Assembly (NCBI GenBank): GCA_950097225.1
Contig: CATNCE010000002.1
Coordinates: forward strand, 5,495 to 69,494
Reading direction: 5' to 3'
Length of the DNA stretch: 64,000 nucleotides
Origin: an uncultured Bacilli bacterium
Lineage (GTDB): Bacteria; Bacillota_I; Bacilli_A; RF39; UBA660
Shown in pieces: positions 17,896-28,550 of the stretch. The notes beneath the pieces are model-generated. The model made no database searches. It was given only the letters and a program-made list of their open reading frames with translations, and was not told the origin of the DNA. The translations under genes were made by a program, and so were the position numbers. Positions within the stretch are counted from its first letter, which is position 1. Every line of letters starts with the position of its first letter.

Positions 17896-19765
17896 ATGTA
17901 TCTCCTAAAGTTAATTTTTTATTATTCTCTTTTTCATTTTTAAATTTTTTGTATGGTGTCATAAATCTTATTGATTCATAGTCGTCTTTGTTGTTCCCCT
18001 CTCCTGCTATAAAGATAGTTTTTTCTTCGCCAGTTTCATTATCGATGATACTAGTGTGATATCCTTCTACGTATCTGGTCGTCAATTTGGAAGCTATGTT
18101 ATAAAATGCATCAACGGCTTGGGCATTTTCAAAATTTTCTGGGATATCATAGTAGATGATATCATAGTTATGGTAAGACATAGTTTTAGGTTCTACAAGT
18201 TCACTAATGACGTAGTTAGCTGTTTCCCCTACTGCATCCATTCTTTTGTGTTTCCATATGATTCGACAATCTGGTCCATAAACAAGGGAAAATCCTAAAT
18301 TGTTATTTCCTAGGATGGCTCTTAATTCTTTTAGATGCTCTAAGTACTTAAAATTGAGAAATAAATCGTTATCAAGCATTCCGATTACAAATGATTCATA
18401 TTCTTCTTTTTTCATGTTATCTATTTCATAATACGATAAACCACTTTCTAATGGATAATCATAAAAAATTATTTGTTCTTTTAGCGCTAAATTTTCTAAA
18501 GATAAATAGCGCTCAAAGTCCTCATAAGATACGCCTTTTTGAACCAATTGAGATTTAAATATTTCAAAGTATCGATCAAAACCAGTTTCAGACCTAGAAG
18601 CTAAATTTAGGAAAAAGATATTGAAGTCTCTTTCATCCTCAAAATATTCGCTTAAAATTTCATATATTTTTAGGCGTTTTTGATCCGTTGTTAAGTATTC
18701 ATCATTTGGCATATTGGGATAAATTAGATTAAGCATTAAATTAAAAGCTAATTTTTGGTAATAATCTATATAAGCACTTTCTTCCTGATTATACACTGTC
18801 TCGATAATATTATTTACCATCATTTTTTCTAGCTCTTCAATGTTATAGTCTGCGTATAAATAGTCTCTTGGAATGGACAAGTAATAGTCTTTTTTAGCAT
18901 TTTCTGCCTGAACAATGATTTGATCACTCATTATATCTTGTGTAATCTTATAGGTATTTGAAGCAGTATAGTTACTGTCTTTAAGCAAGCGACCATATAA
19001 AGTGTTATTAAAATCGGGACGATATTCAAAACTATTAGTAATAATTTCATGCATTAAATCATTAAGGCGTTTCTCATATACTTGGAGTAATTCGCTAGCT
19101 TGACAATTATCGTTTTCAGCAAGTGAACTAAGATCGAGGGTTTCATTGACTAAATCGGAATATACATCCATTTGTAAGATCAATTCTTCGATAGCACTCC
19201 TGCTTTTGGGCCCAGTGTATTTTACTATACAATCAATAAAAGCGTCTATATCTTTTGAAAAAAGACAACGATAAAACTCCTCATCGTTATTAATGAGAGA
19301 TTTTAGAGTATTAATATTATGATAGCCATAAAGCCTGGTAAGTTTGTAGGAGGAGAAAATCTCTTCGCATACTATTCTTGTATTAAATGCAGAATATATG
19401 CCACGACCATATTCACTATCATTGTCCTCTAGAATTTTATGCAAATTGTAAAATGTTTCGTTTAAGTTTGATCGTTCTCTTTCATTGATGCATCTAACTA
19501 AATTAAGAAAGTTTTCGTATTGATCACTATCCATGTAATTAACGAATTGATCTAGGTATTTTTTGTAGAATTTTCCTAAGAATTCCTCGTTAGTTTTATT
19601 ATAAGAAAAAATAGATTCTTCTTGGTAAAACGAACGTTTGTTCATTATACTCTCTACCTGGCTAAAACTATCTTCTCGAAAAGAAGTATCTTCTTTATGA
19701 CAAGAAGTTGTTAATATAGTTGTTAACATTAGTAGTATTATTTGCTTTTTTCTTTTAAAAGTCAT
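17888..19765 (-). CDS. Uncharacterised probable lipoprotein (625 aa)
   Basis: N-terminus MTFKRKKQIILLMLTTILTTSCHKE (signal peptide with a lipobox-like TTSC). No catalytic motif recognised. Confidence 0.45.
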   Translation of the reverse strand: MTFKRKKQIILLMLTTILTTSCHKEDTSFREDSFSQVESIMNKRSFYQEESIFSYNKTNEEFLGKFYKKYLDQFVNYMDSDQYENFLNLVRCINERERSNLNETFYNLHKILEDNDSEYGRGIYSAFNTRIVCEEIFSSYKLTRLYGYHNINTLKSLINNDEEFYRCLFSKDIDAFIDCIVKYTGPKSRSAIEELILQMDVYSDLVNETLDLSSLAENDNCQASELLQVYEKRLNDLMHEIITNSFEYRPDFNNTLYGRLLKDSNYTASNTYKITQDIMSDQIIVQAENAKKDYYLSIPRDYLYADYNIEELEKMMVNNIIETVYNQEESAYIDYYQKLAFNLMLNLIYPNMPNDEYLTTDQKRLKIYEILSEYFEDERDFNIFFLNLASRSETGFDRYFEIFKSQLVQKGVSYEDFERYLSLENLALKEQIIFYDYPLESGLSYYEIDNMKKEEYESFVIGMLDNDLFLNFKYLEHLKELRAILGNNNLGFSLVYGPDCRIIWKHKRMDAVGETANYVISELVEPKTMSYHNYDIIYYDIPENFENAQAVDAFYNIASKLTTRYVEGYHTSIIDNETGEEKTIFIAGEGNNKDDYESIRFMTPYKKFKNEKENNKKLTLGDTYE

Positions 19766-19775
19766 TTTATTCCTC

Positions 19776-20354
19776 CTAATCGGTATTTATTATCTCTTTT
19801 ATCTTCGCACGTATTTCTGGTAAGCGATTGTTTTCAAAATCTGAATGCGCTTTTAGAAAACGCCTATTTAATGGAGATGGATGCGGCAACACAATTGCTA
19901 GTTTACCATGTAAATAGTTGTTTTTTAATACTAAATCCACGAATTTTTCATTGGGGAAGAAGATTTTAGCAGATAAAGCCCCTATTATAATATAGATTTG
20001 ATTATCAAGAATTTGCATTTCTTTTTCTACCCATTTGTTATAACAACATTTAGGTGGCTTGCGATCACCGCCGTTTTTGTCTTTACCTGGATAACAATGA
20101 GCTAAGGCTCCAATATAAAAATTATCCGTATTATAGAACTCTTCCTCACTTATTTGATACCATTTATGGATTAATGTTTTACCAGATTGATCATTAAATG
20201 GCTTTTTTGTGTCATGGACATTTTTAGATGGCGCTTGACTTATTTGGACAATTTTGGAATTTTCTTTTCCCCAAAGAATTGGAGTTGGTTCAAAGCCAAA
20301 GTTTTCCTGGCAAAAGCGACAACGTTTAATCTCATTCATTAGACTTTCAAACAT
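19776..20354 (-). CDS. Uracil-DNA glycosylase superfamily protein
   Basis: CRFCQENFGFEPTPI...ISQAPS...PFNDQSGKTL...HCYPGKDKNGGDRKPPKCC pattern. Start moved to ATG 20354. Confidence 0.55.
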   Translation of the reverse strand: MFESLMNEIKRCRFCQENFGFEPTPILWGKENSKIVQISQAPSKNVHDTKKPFNDQSGKTLIHKWYQISEEEFYNTDNFYIGALAHCYPGKDKNGGDRKPPKCCYNKWVEKEMQILDNQIYIIIGALSAKIFFPNEKFVDLVLKNNYLHGKLAIVLPHPSPLNRRFLKAHSDFENNRLPEIRAKIKEIINTD

Positions 20355-20371
20355 ACTTAAGATCACTTCCT

Positions 20372-20851
20372 TTATTTTATATTTATCTGACTTATTAATT
20401 TAGATAACATTTCAATATCACTAATATTTTTATGTTTTGGTACATGAATAAAAATCATTTTAGTCTTTAAATGATTTTCTTCGATGTATTTTAATCCTTC
20501 AAAATATAAATTATTACATAGATAGTTTCCAGCATTATCAGATATTTCAATGGTATATTCACTTGGTATTTCATTAAATAGATGATTATAATCACAAGTT
20601 GTTTGATATTTTGTAATTCCATTGGCTAAGATTTCAATTCTTATGGTGTCTAATTTTAAAGGTGCTTGCCCTATGGAGACAATAAAATCATATTCTTTAT
20701 TTTGAATAGTCTTGATTAATTCTCGAGTAGATGCCGAATAACTATTTTTCAAATATAGTTTATCATTTACAGGTAATTTATCTAAAATGATTTTAGAAGC
20801 ATTATTAATCCCTAAAAAGGCGGTAAAAAGAACTTTTTTGGTATTCATCAT
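20372..20851 (-). CDS. pcp: Pyroglutamyl-peptidase I (C15)-like protein
   Basis: Triad-like motifs IRIEILAN (Glu), DNAGNYLCNNLYF (Cys) and IFIHVP (His). Confidence 0.6.
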   Translation of the reverse strand: MMNTKKVLFTAFLGINNASKIILDKLPVNDKLYLKNSYSASTRELIKTIQNKEYDFIVSIGQAPLKLDTIRIEILANGITKYQTTCDYNHLFNEIPSEYTIEISDNAGNYLCNNLYFEGLKYIEENHLKTKMIFIHVPKHKNISDIEMLSKLISQINIK

Positions 20852-20882
20852 AAATATTTTCCCTTCTTGTCATGGTGTTATT

Positions 20883-21620
20883 CTAATCTAGTAAATAGTG
20901 TTGCATTTGTTCAGGATTATTAATATATTTTTTATATAGATCGAAAATGGCTGTATTTTTATAATTTACTTTGGCCATATTTTGATTAAAATCATATATT
21001 ACGCCTTCACGATAACTTATTAATATTGGTGAATGAGTTGCAATAATAAATTGACTTCCATTTTTAGCTAACTCATTTATATAGCAAAGCAAACTCATCT
21101 GCCGCTCTGGTGATAAAGCAGCCTCTGGCTCATCAAGAATATATAATCCATGATCACTAAAGCGATTTTGGACAAGACTAATAAACGATTCGCCATGTGA
21201 GCAAGAATGCAAATTTCCTCCATAGAAATCATATAAAGCTTTATAACCATCTTCTTCAACTAATCTTTGGACTTCGGTAGAAAAATTATAAAAACTCTCT
21301 GCTCTTAAAAAAAACTTAGTTTTTGGTTTGTCGAATGTATTAATTTGTAAATAGTCAGATAGATTAGACTCTGTGTGTTTGGTGCTGTAGTAAAAATTCT
21401 CAGTACCTCCTTCAGCGTTTAATCCCAATGCGACAGCAATTGCCTCAATAAGTGTAGATTTTCCAGTTCCATTTTCGCCTACAAAGAATGTTACTGGTGC
21501 AGTAAAATCTAGTTGCTCGAAGTTTCTTATAATATCAATATTAAAAGGATACTTGTTAAAATCGTCTATCTTATCTCTTTTTAAAATAACATTTTTAATA
21601 AATAAATTTTTTTCTAGCAT
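20883..21620 (-). CDS. Standalone ABC/SMC-like AAA ATPase (~245 aa)
   Basis: Walker A FFVGENGTGKST, Walker B LYILDEPEAALSP and ATHSPIL. Start moved to ATG 21620 (AAGGAG, 7-nt spacer). Confidence 0.65.
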   Translation of the reverse strand: MLEKNLFIKNVILKRDKIDDFNKYPFNIDIIRNFEQLDFTAPVTFFVGENGTGKSTLIEAIAVALGLNAEGGTENFYYSTKHTESNLSDYLQINTFDKPKTKFFLRAESFYNFSTEVQRLVEEDGYKALYDFYGGNLHSCSHGESFISLVQNRFSDHGLYILDEPEAALSPERQMSLLCYINELAKNGSQFIIATHSPILISYREGVIYDFNQNMAKVNYKNTAIFDLYKKYINNPEQMQHYLLD

Positions 21621-21724
21621 ATTATTCTCCTTAAAAACACTATACCATACATTTGTTCTTGTATGCAACACTAAATTTTATAAGCAACTGCATATAAAAA
21701 GCAAATTTTAAGATTTGCTCGTTA

Positions 21725-22339
21725 TTACTTAACCTTCCCTGTACGATTAAAGGGGAAAAGAACTATTTCTGTTGTTCCAAGAATATCTTTATTATCAATA
21801 CTATTAATCATTCGTGAATCTTTAGAATTAATGCGATTGTCCCCCATTACAAAGTATTCATTATTAGGGATAGTTATTTCACTATTACAAATATCCCAGT
21901 TATCATGGCATGTATTAACTTTGGCCTCTTCGCTTAAAAAAGGTTCTTCAATTTTTTTATCATTTATATAAAGTACACCAATGTTATTGCCCTCATCATC
22001 TTTCTCAATGCGATAGCTTATTTTCTCACCGGGAAGTCCTATTACTCTTTTTATGAGTTTACCACTATCAGTCTGTATAACGACAATATCAAATCTTCTT
22101 ATCCCACGCATTTTTTTAGTGAGTTTATATAAAAGCATAGTATCATTATTTTTTAAAGTTGGCGACATACTTGAACCATTAACACGAACAGGCGTTGCAA
22201 TAAATATGCGAATAATTACAACAAAAAAAATAATTATTATATAGGGCATATACCCTAAAAATAAATCCCATTGGGCTTTTTTAGTCTCTACAGTGCTTAC
22301 TTCTTTTGAAGACTCCATATCAATTTCTTTTTTTTTCAT
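21725..22339 (-). CDS. lepB: Signal peptidase I
   Basis: GSSMSPTL (Ser), LIKRVIGLPGE (Lys) and GDNRINSKDSR boxes. Confidence 0.85.
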   Translation of the reverse strand: MKKKEIDMESSKEVSTVETKKAQWDLFLGYMPYIIIIFFVVIIRIFIATPVRVNGSSMSPTLKNNDTMLLYKLTKKMRGIRRFDIVVIQTDSGKLIKRVIGLPGEKISYRIEKDDEGNNIGVLYINDKKIEEPFLSEEAKVNTCHDNWDICNSEITIPNNEYFVMGDNRINSKDSRMINSIDNKDILGTTEIVLFPFNRTGKVK

Positions 22340-22378
22340 TACGCTTCACCTTCATTAATTATAGCATTAATTTAATAT

Positions 22379-22405
22379 AAAAAAAAGAAACTTTGATTAG
22401 TTTCT
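22379..22405 (-). terminator. Possible terminator overlapping the rplS stop codon
   Basis: Minus strand AGAAAC-TAATCAAA-GTTTCT followed by T8. Confidence 0.45.
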
Positions 22406-22735
22406 TTCTTTATTTCGGTATTCCTTAGACATATCGTCAATGAAGTTAAGTTTAGCTCTACGAGCCACACCTTTTCTTACAACAATAACTTTGTCAACTA
22501 GTGGTGAGTTTACTTTAAATACTCTTTTTACAGCAACTGATCCACTTTTCTTTCTTACAGTAAAAGTTCTACTGATTGCTCCACCTTTAATAGCAGTTAC
22601 AATACCCTCGAAGGCTTGAATTCTCTCATTCTTTCCCTCTTTAATTTTGTAGTCAACTCTTACAGTATCTCCAACACGAAACTCAGGAATGTCTGTTCTT
22701 ATAGATTTAGCATTTACTTTATCAACTAAATTCAT
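22397..22735 (-). CDS. rplS: 50S ribosomal protein L19
   Basis: RTDIPEFRVGDTVRV...ERIQAFEGIV...TFTVRK...RRAKL. Confidence 0.95.
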   Translation of the reverse strand: MNLVDKVNAKSIRTDIPEFRVGDTVRVDYKIKEGKNERIQAFEGIVTAIKGGAISRTFTVRKKSGSVAVKRVFKVNSPLVDKVIVVRKGVARRAKLNFIDDMSKEYRNKERN

Positions 22736-22868
22736 AAGTACACTCTCCTTTCTATATTATTATATACACCCATATAATCTTATATTAAACAGCGGATTAC
22801 ATTTAGCTTTTAATCAAAAGCAAGTATAGTTTACCATATAAATAGACTTTTGGCAATAATTAATTTTA

Positions 22869-24291
<1,423 letters not shown>

Positions 24292-24307
24292 TTATTCACG
24301 TCCTTTT

Positions 24308-24757
24308 TTATTGTAATAGTAGTTTTTTAGCATTAGCATCATAGTGTTTTTTTCGATGATCTAAATGCGCTCCAATTCTATACTCTATATTAGCAATAGA
24401 AGTTTGGTGTGCAGTCTGATCTTTTTCTTTAGTTTCTGCGTCATAATATTGGTCAACCTGAAAGAATCCTTCAAGAAAATCTGTATAGCCTGGGCTTATG
24501 ATCGTACCATCAAAATTGACATAATAGTATAAGTTAGCTTGAATAGTAGATGGTCGCTCATCTGGATATTTATCCATAATCTTTTCTCTAATTAAAAACA
24601 CTTCGTTTTCAGGATCATAAGTAATATCCGCAACATAAGGAGTTACATTGTTATCTCCTTTTTTTAAACATTTCCATACTGTGTCATATTGTTGGCCCAA
24701 GCAAATAACAATTTCTTCTCCCTCTTTATTTTTTAATATTTCCATAGATTCATTCAT
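24308..24757 (-). CDS. Hypothetical protein (149 aa) between queA and tgt
   Basis: ORF with operon-like spacing only. Confidence 0.4.
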   Translation of the reverse strand: MNESMEILKNKEGEEIVICLGQQYDTVWKCLKKGDNNVTPYVADITYDPENEVFLIREKIMDKYPDERPSTIQANLYYYVNFDGTIISPGYTDFLEGFFQVDQYYDAETKEKDQTAHQTSIANIEYRIGAHLDHRKKHYDANAKKLLLQ

Positions 24758-24775
24758 TTTTAAAACCTCCTAAAT

Positions 24776-25804
24776 TTAATCTATAATCAGCATCGCATCT
24801 CCAAACGAAAAGAAACGATACCCCTCTTTAACAGCTTCGCTGTAAGATGTCATTATGTTTTCTTTACCTGCAAGAGCTGATACCAACATTATAAGGGTAC
24901 TCTTTGGTAGATGAAAATTAGTTATTAAATTGTCAATCCCTTTAAACTCATACCCTGGATAGATGAATATATCTGTATCATTTACTTCGGCAGTAAATTC
25001 GGGGAATCTATTTCTGTTACTTTCTAAGACTCTTGTCGAAGTAGTGCCAACAGCAAATATCTTACCATGATTTTTGCGAACTTCATTTAATTTATCTACA
25101 GCATCAACACTTAAGATATACTTTTCCGAATGCATTTTATGGTCTAGAACATTATCAACTTGAACTGGTCTAAACGTCCCTAGGCCAACATGCAAAGTAA
25201 CTTCAATAACGTAAACACCTTTTTCTCTAAGTTGATTCAAGATGGCTTTAGTAAAGTGTAACCCTGCTGTTGGGGCTGCTGAGGAACCATAGTTTTTGGC
25301 ATAAACAGTTTGATAGCGTTCCTGATTTTCTAACTTTTCATGTATATATGGTGGAAGTGGCATAGTCCCAAGACGTTCTAGTACTTCCATAAGAATACCT
25401 TCGTATATGAGCTCGACATGCGTTATTCCATCATTATGAAGCTCAATTACTTGGGCTTTTAAGGAACCATCACCAAAGGAGATAACTGTTCCTTCGTGCA
25501 ATCTCTTTTGAGGCTTTGCTAGACATTCCCATTTATTATCCTGAATATTTTTTAATAGAAGAAGTTCGATAATCGCATTTGTTTCTTCTTTAGAGCCAAT
25601 CAGGCGTGCTGGTATTACTTTGGAATTGTTGATAACAAGGGCATCCCCTTCGTTAAAATATTCAATAATATCTGTAAATTTTCGATGTTCAATCTGGCCT
25701 GTTTTTTTATGCAAAACCAACAAACGCGAAGACGAACGATCCTCAAGGGGAGTCTGAGCAATCAAGTTTTCTGGCAAAAAATAGTCAAAATCATCAGTAC
25801 GCAT
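24776..25804 (-). CDS. queA: S-adenosylmethionine:tRNA ribosyltransferase-isomerase
   Basis: FDYFLPENLIAQTPLEDRSSSRLLVL...SSAAPTAGLHFT...FSFGDAMLI. Confidence 0.95.
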   Translation of the reverse strand: MRTDDFDYFLPENLIAQTPLEDRSSSRLLVLHKKTGQIEHRKFTDIIEYFNEGDALVINNSKVIPARLIGSKEETNAIIELLLLKNIQDNKWECLAKPQKRLHEGTVISFGDGSLKAQVIELHNDGITHVELIYEGILMEVLERLGTMPLPPYIHEKLENQERYQTVYAKNYGSSAAPTAGLHFTKAILNQLREKGVYVIEVTLHVGLGTFRPVQVDNVLDHKMHSEKYILSVDAVDKLNEVRKNHGKIFAVGTTSTRVLESNRNRFPEFTAEVNDTDIFIYPGYEFKGIDNLITNFHLPKSTLIMLVSALAGKENIMTSYSEAVKEGYRFFSFGDAMLIID

Positions 25805-25844
25805 AAATAACCTCTTTCTTCTATTAGTATATAATAATTATTGT

Positions 25845-25875
25845 ATAAAAAAAAGCCTAAAGATTGATTTTAAGC
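25845..25875 (-). terminator. Rho-independent terminator after secreted-protein paralog A
   Basis: Minus strand AGCTTAAA-ATCAATC-TTTAGGCT (one G-U pair) followed by T8. Confidence 0.55.
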
Positions 25876-25903
25876 TTTAATTAATAAGCATTTGAAATTT
25901 TTA

Positions 25904-27403
25904 TTACCCAATAATAAATGGATTTTTTGCTGTACCATCGCCATCGATAATTCGGTTAGTTGGTTTTAGTGTTATAGAAGGACGAACACCGCGAGTATTG
26001 CTTACAGTACTATTACTTAATCCGGTAGAAACGTCCCCTACACCAGCATTAATACTATCCATGTATACAGGGGATAAAGACCATTCCCAGTTTCCTGTAT
26101 ATAGATAATTGGTTTCAGGTACCGAGCTCTCTTCTGGAGTTTTAGTGCTGCCATCGATTTTATAGTTACTTGTATATCCGGCTAACGCATATTCATCCAT
26201 TGTCAATAAACCTATTGGATAAGTCAAGTCCCCATTTCCATTTTCCTTACTTGTGGTAAATTTATCGTTTTCATTTGGGCATATTAGATTGGGTTGTACG
26301 TTTGTTGTGTAATACGATGATCTACCCACAACGCCATAGGCTGTAGGGTTGGTTTGATATCCTAATGTTCCATATAATGGACCAAAGGCATTATTCTCTC
26401 CTCCAGATATCGTACTTCGATCATTACACCAAACGGCATCTTCTAAATATTCTTCATAAGATGTGTCTTTTAGGTTGTTTTTATACCAAGTATCTATATA
26501 TGTTTTAATAGTTGAATTATTTATATTAGCATGAGTATCATTATAATTATTGCTTCCTGTTTTACCATACATATATCCAATATAGGCGTTATCACTATTG
26601 CTATCATTCCATTTTGATATGCCAATTTCAGGCTTATTATTTACACAACCCCATCCATCATAATTAAATTCGCCATTATAGATTAATTTAGTTCCACCTG
26701 TTTCAGTTGTTCTAATTATTTTCCAACAAAATCCTGCAAACATAACATTATTGTCGATTACATTTCCTCGATAAAAGTATACATCTTTGTTTTCCTCGCC
26801 AATAGTTTTATATACCCCTGTTTCTGTATCATCGGCTGGGGTATTAAAATCAATTAAAGATATATCTCCTTTGTATTTACTTTTTAGAACATCAGCAATT
26901 TGAATAGGTCTAAATTTATCATTAGGTATACCATCACTTATACTATCTCTTTCTGTTGCTGTATTAATTATTTCACATGTTATATTAAATTCCGTGTCTT
27001 CTACATATGCTGTTACAAGCTCGATAGTCAATACTCCTGTTCTGGTCTTGGTTGCTAAAAGTGTTGACCTTTCATCAAAGTCATTTACTATTTTTAAATG
27101 TTCATTGCCATTGGTGCAATTTATACTTACATTTGCATCATACTCACGACTTCCATTGGTCACATCATATTCTAGTGTATATTTTTCTCCAACTAAACTC
27201 ATAGAATGCGAAAATACGATATGTCTATCATCTTTTATTAATCTATTATTTTTTGTCCCATTTTCATAAGAAGCTGAAAAATACACGTCAAAGTCATTAT
27301 AGTTTACTCCTATACTGGTTGTAACATTAATTATTAAATTAGTTGCTACACTAGCAAATGCGATTGTGAAGAGTATTATACTTAAGACAAGTGTTTTTCT
27401 CAT
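25904..27403 (-). CDS. Secreted/surface protein, paralog A (499 aa); the C-terminal ~330 aa is shared with 36856-38064
   Basis: Signal peptide MRKTLVLSIILFTIAFASVA. Shared blocks KGDISLIDFNTPADDTETGVYKT, VYFYRGNV.DNN, FCWK..RTTE.GGTKL.YNG, DNAY.GYMYGK, LEDA.WCNDRS, LTYPIGLLTMDE and RGVRP.I.L (the last is reminiscent of DUF6273-type domains). GGAGGTG lies upstream of the ATG. Confidence 0.6.
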   Translation of the reverse strand: MRKTLVLSIILFTIAFASVATNLIINVTTSIGVNYNDFDVYFSASYENGTKNNRLIKDDRHIVFSHSMSLVGEKYTLEYDVTNGSREYDANVSINCTNGNEHLKIVNDFDERSTLLATKTRTGVLTIELVTAYVEDTEFNITCEIINTATERDSISDGIPNDKFRPIQIADVLKSKYKGDISLIDFNTPADDTETGVYKTIGEENKDVYFYRGNVIDNNVMFAGFCWKIIRTTETGGTKLIYNGEFNYDGWGCVNNKPEIGISKWNDSNSDNAYIGYMYGKTGSNNYNDTHANINNSTIKTYIDTWYKNNLKDTSYEEYLEDAVWCNDRSTISGGENNAFGPLYGTLGYQTNPTAYGVVGRSSYYTTNVQPNLICPNENDKFTTSKENGNGDLTYPIGLLTMDEYALAGYTSNYKIDGSTKTPEESSVPETNYLYTGNWEWSLSPVYMDSINAGVGDVSTGLSNSTVSNTRGVRPSITLKPTNRIIDGDGTAKNPFIIG

Positions 27404-27420
27404 ATTTGTACACCTCCAAG

Positions 27421-27533
27421 GCGGACTACCCTATTAAAAATATACCATTTTTTTTTTTTTTTTTAGCAAGTCAAAACTAGTCTGTCAAGGTAATTTCTTT
27501 TATTTTTTTGTAAAATTTTACATATAAAAAAAA
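27421..27533 (-). promoter_or_regulatory. Duplicated 5' regulatory module, copy A (homologous to 38087-38197)
   Basis: Coding strand: palindrome TGTAAAATTTTACA (27509-27522), TTGACA (27483-27488), a 17-nt spacer, T(A)17, TGGTATAT, then conserved leader AATAGGGTAGTC. Confidence 0.6.
27448..27464 (-). repeat. Homopolymeric tract, 17 T on the plus strand (A17 on the coding strand), in the promoter of paralog A
   Basis: Counted directly as 27448-27464. It starts 1 nt after a 17-nt spacer downstream of TTGACA. Confidence 0.9.
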
Positions 27534-27537
27534 GACC

Positions 27538-28539
27538 TTAAAATAAAGTGTCTTGTCCTGATATTTTTAAATGTTCATAGGCTTTGTCTGTTGCTACGCG
27601 TCCTCTTTGAGTTCGCTTGATGAATCCCTCTTGCATTAAGTATGGTTCTATTACATCCTCACAAGTAGATATTTCTTCTCCGATAGAAGCAGCAATTGTC
27701 TCAACTCCAACAGGGCCTCCATTAAATTTTTGAATAAGGTTTGTTAAGTATTCGATATCAATTTGATCTAAACCTGATTTATCGACATGAAGACGATCTA
27801 AAGCTTCTTTAGTTATCTTCTCATCAATTATTCCATCCCCAATAACTAATGCGAAATCTCTTACTCTTTTAAATAAGCGATTGGCGATACGAGGAGTTTT
27901 ACGGCTACGACGCGCTAATTCTGTAGCAGCTTTAGGAGTTATTTCCATCCCCAAAACTTTACTTGTACGATTAATAATACCTACTAATTCTTCTTCAGAA
28001 TAATAGTTTAATTTATTAATAATTCCAAAACGATCGCGTAAGGGGGCTGATATATCCCCTGCCCTTGTAGTTGCTCCAACAAGTGTAAATGGAGGCAAAT
28101 CAATTTTTATACTACGAGACGACCCTTCTCCACCAATTACAATGTCTAATTCAAAATCCTCCATAGCCGGGTAAAGAATTTCCTCAATAAACTTTGGCAT
28201 ACGATGAATTTCATCAATAAATAAAACATCGCCTGGTTCTAAATTAGATAAAACGGCAGCTAGATCTCCAGATTTTTCAATAGCTGGACCAGAACTTGTT
28301 TTTAAACTAGTTCCAAGTTCATTGGCAATAATATGAGCAAGAGTAGTTTTCCCCAGTCCGGGAGGCCCATATAATAAAACATGATCTAAAGGTTCATTGC
28401 GGATTTTAGCCGCTTCTATAAATATGCGAATATTCTCCTTAACTTCGTTTTGCCCAACGTATTCATTTAAATGTTGGGGACGAATATTGTCATCAGTTAT
28501 GTCTTCGTCTATTATGTCACTAGTAATAATTCTTTCCAT
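27538..28539 (-). CDS. ruvB: Holliday junction branch migration helicase RuvB
   Basis: [23 protein letters not shown]. Confidence 0.95.
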   Translation of the reverse strand: MERIITSDIIDEDITDDNIRPQHLNEYVGQNEVKENIRIFIEAAKIRNEPLDHVLLYGPPGLGKTTLAHIIANELGTSLKTSSGPAIEKSGDLAAVLSNLEPGDVLFIDEIHRMPKFIEEILYPAMEDFELDIVIGGEGSSRSIKIDLPPFTLVGATTRAGDISAPLRDRFGIINKLNYYSEEELVGIINRTSKVLGMEITPKAATELARRSRKTPRIANRLFKRVRDFALVIGDGIIDEKITKEALDRLHVDKSGLDQIDIEYLTNLIQKFNGGPVGVETIAASIGEEISTCEDVIEPYLMQEGFIKRTQRGRVATDKAYEHLKISGQDTLF

Positions 28540-28550
28540 TTAGTCTCCTT

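Noticed and set aside
27509-27522. TGTAAAATTTTACA palindrome (also at 38175-38188) as the ruvB/rpoC transcription terminator
   Set aside because: The stem is A/T-only, apart from a single G-C pair. On the coding strand it is followed by an A-run, not a U-run, so it is a poor intrinsic terminator. An operator-like site is more plausible.
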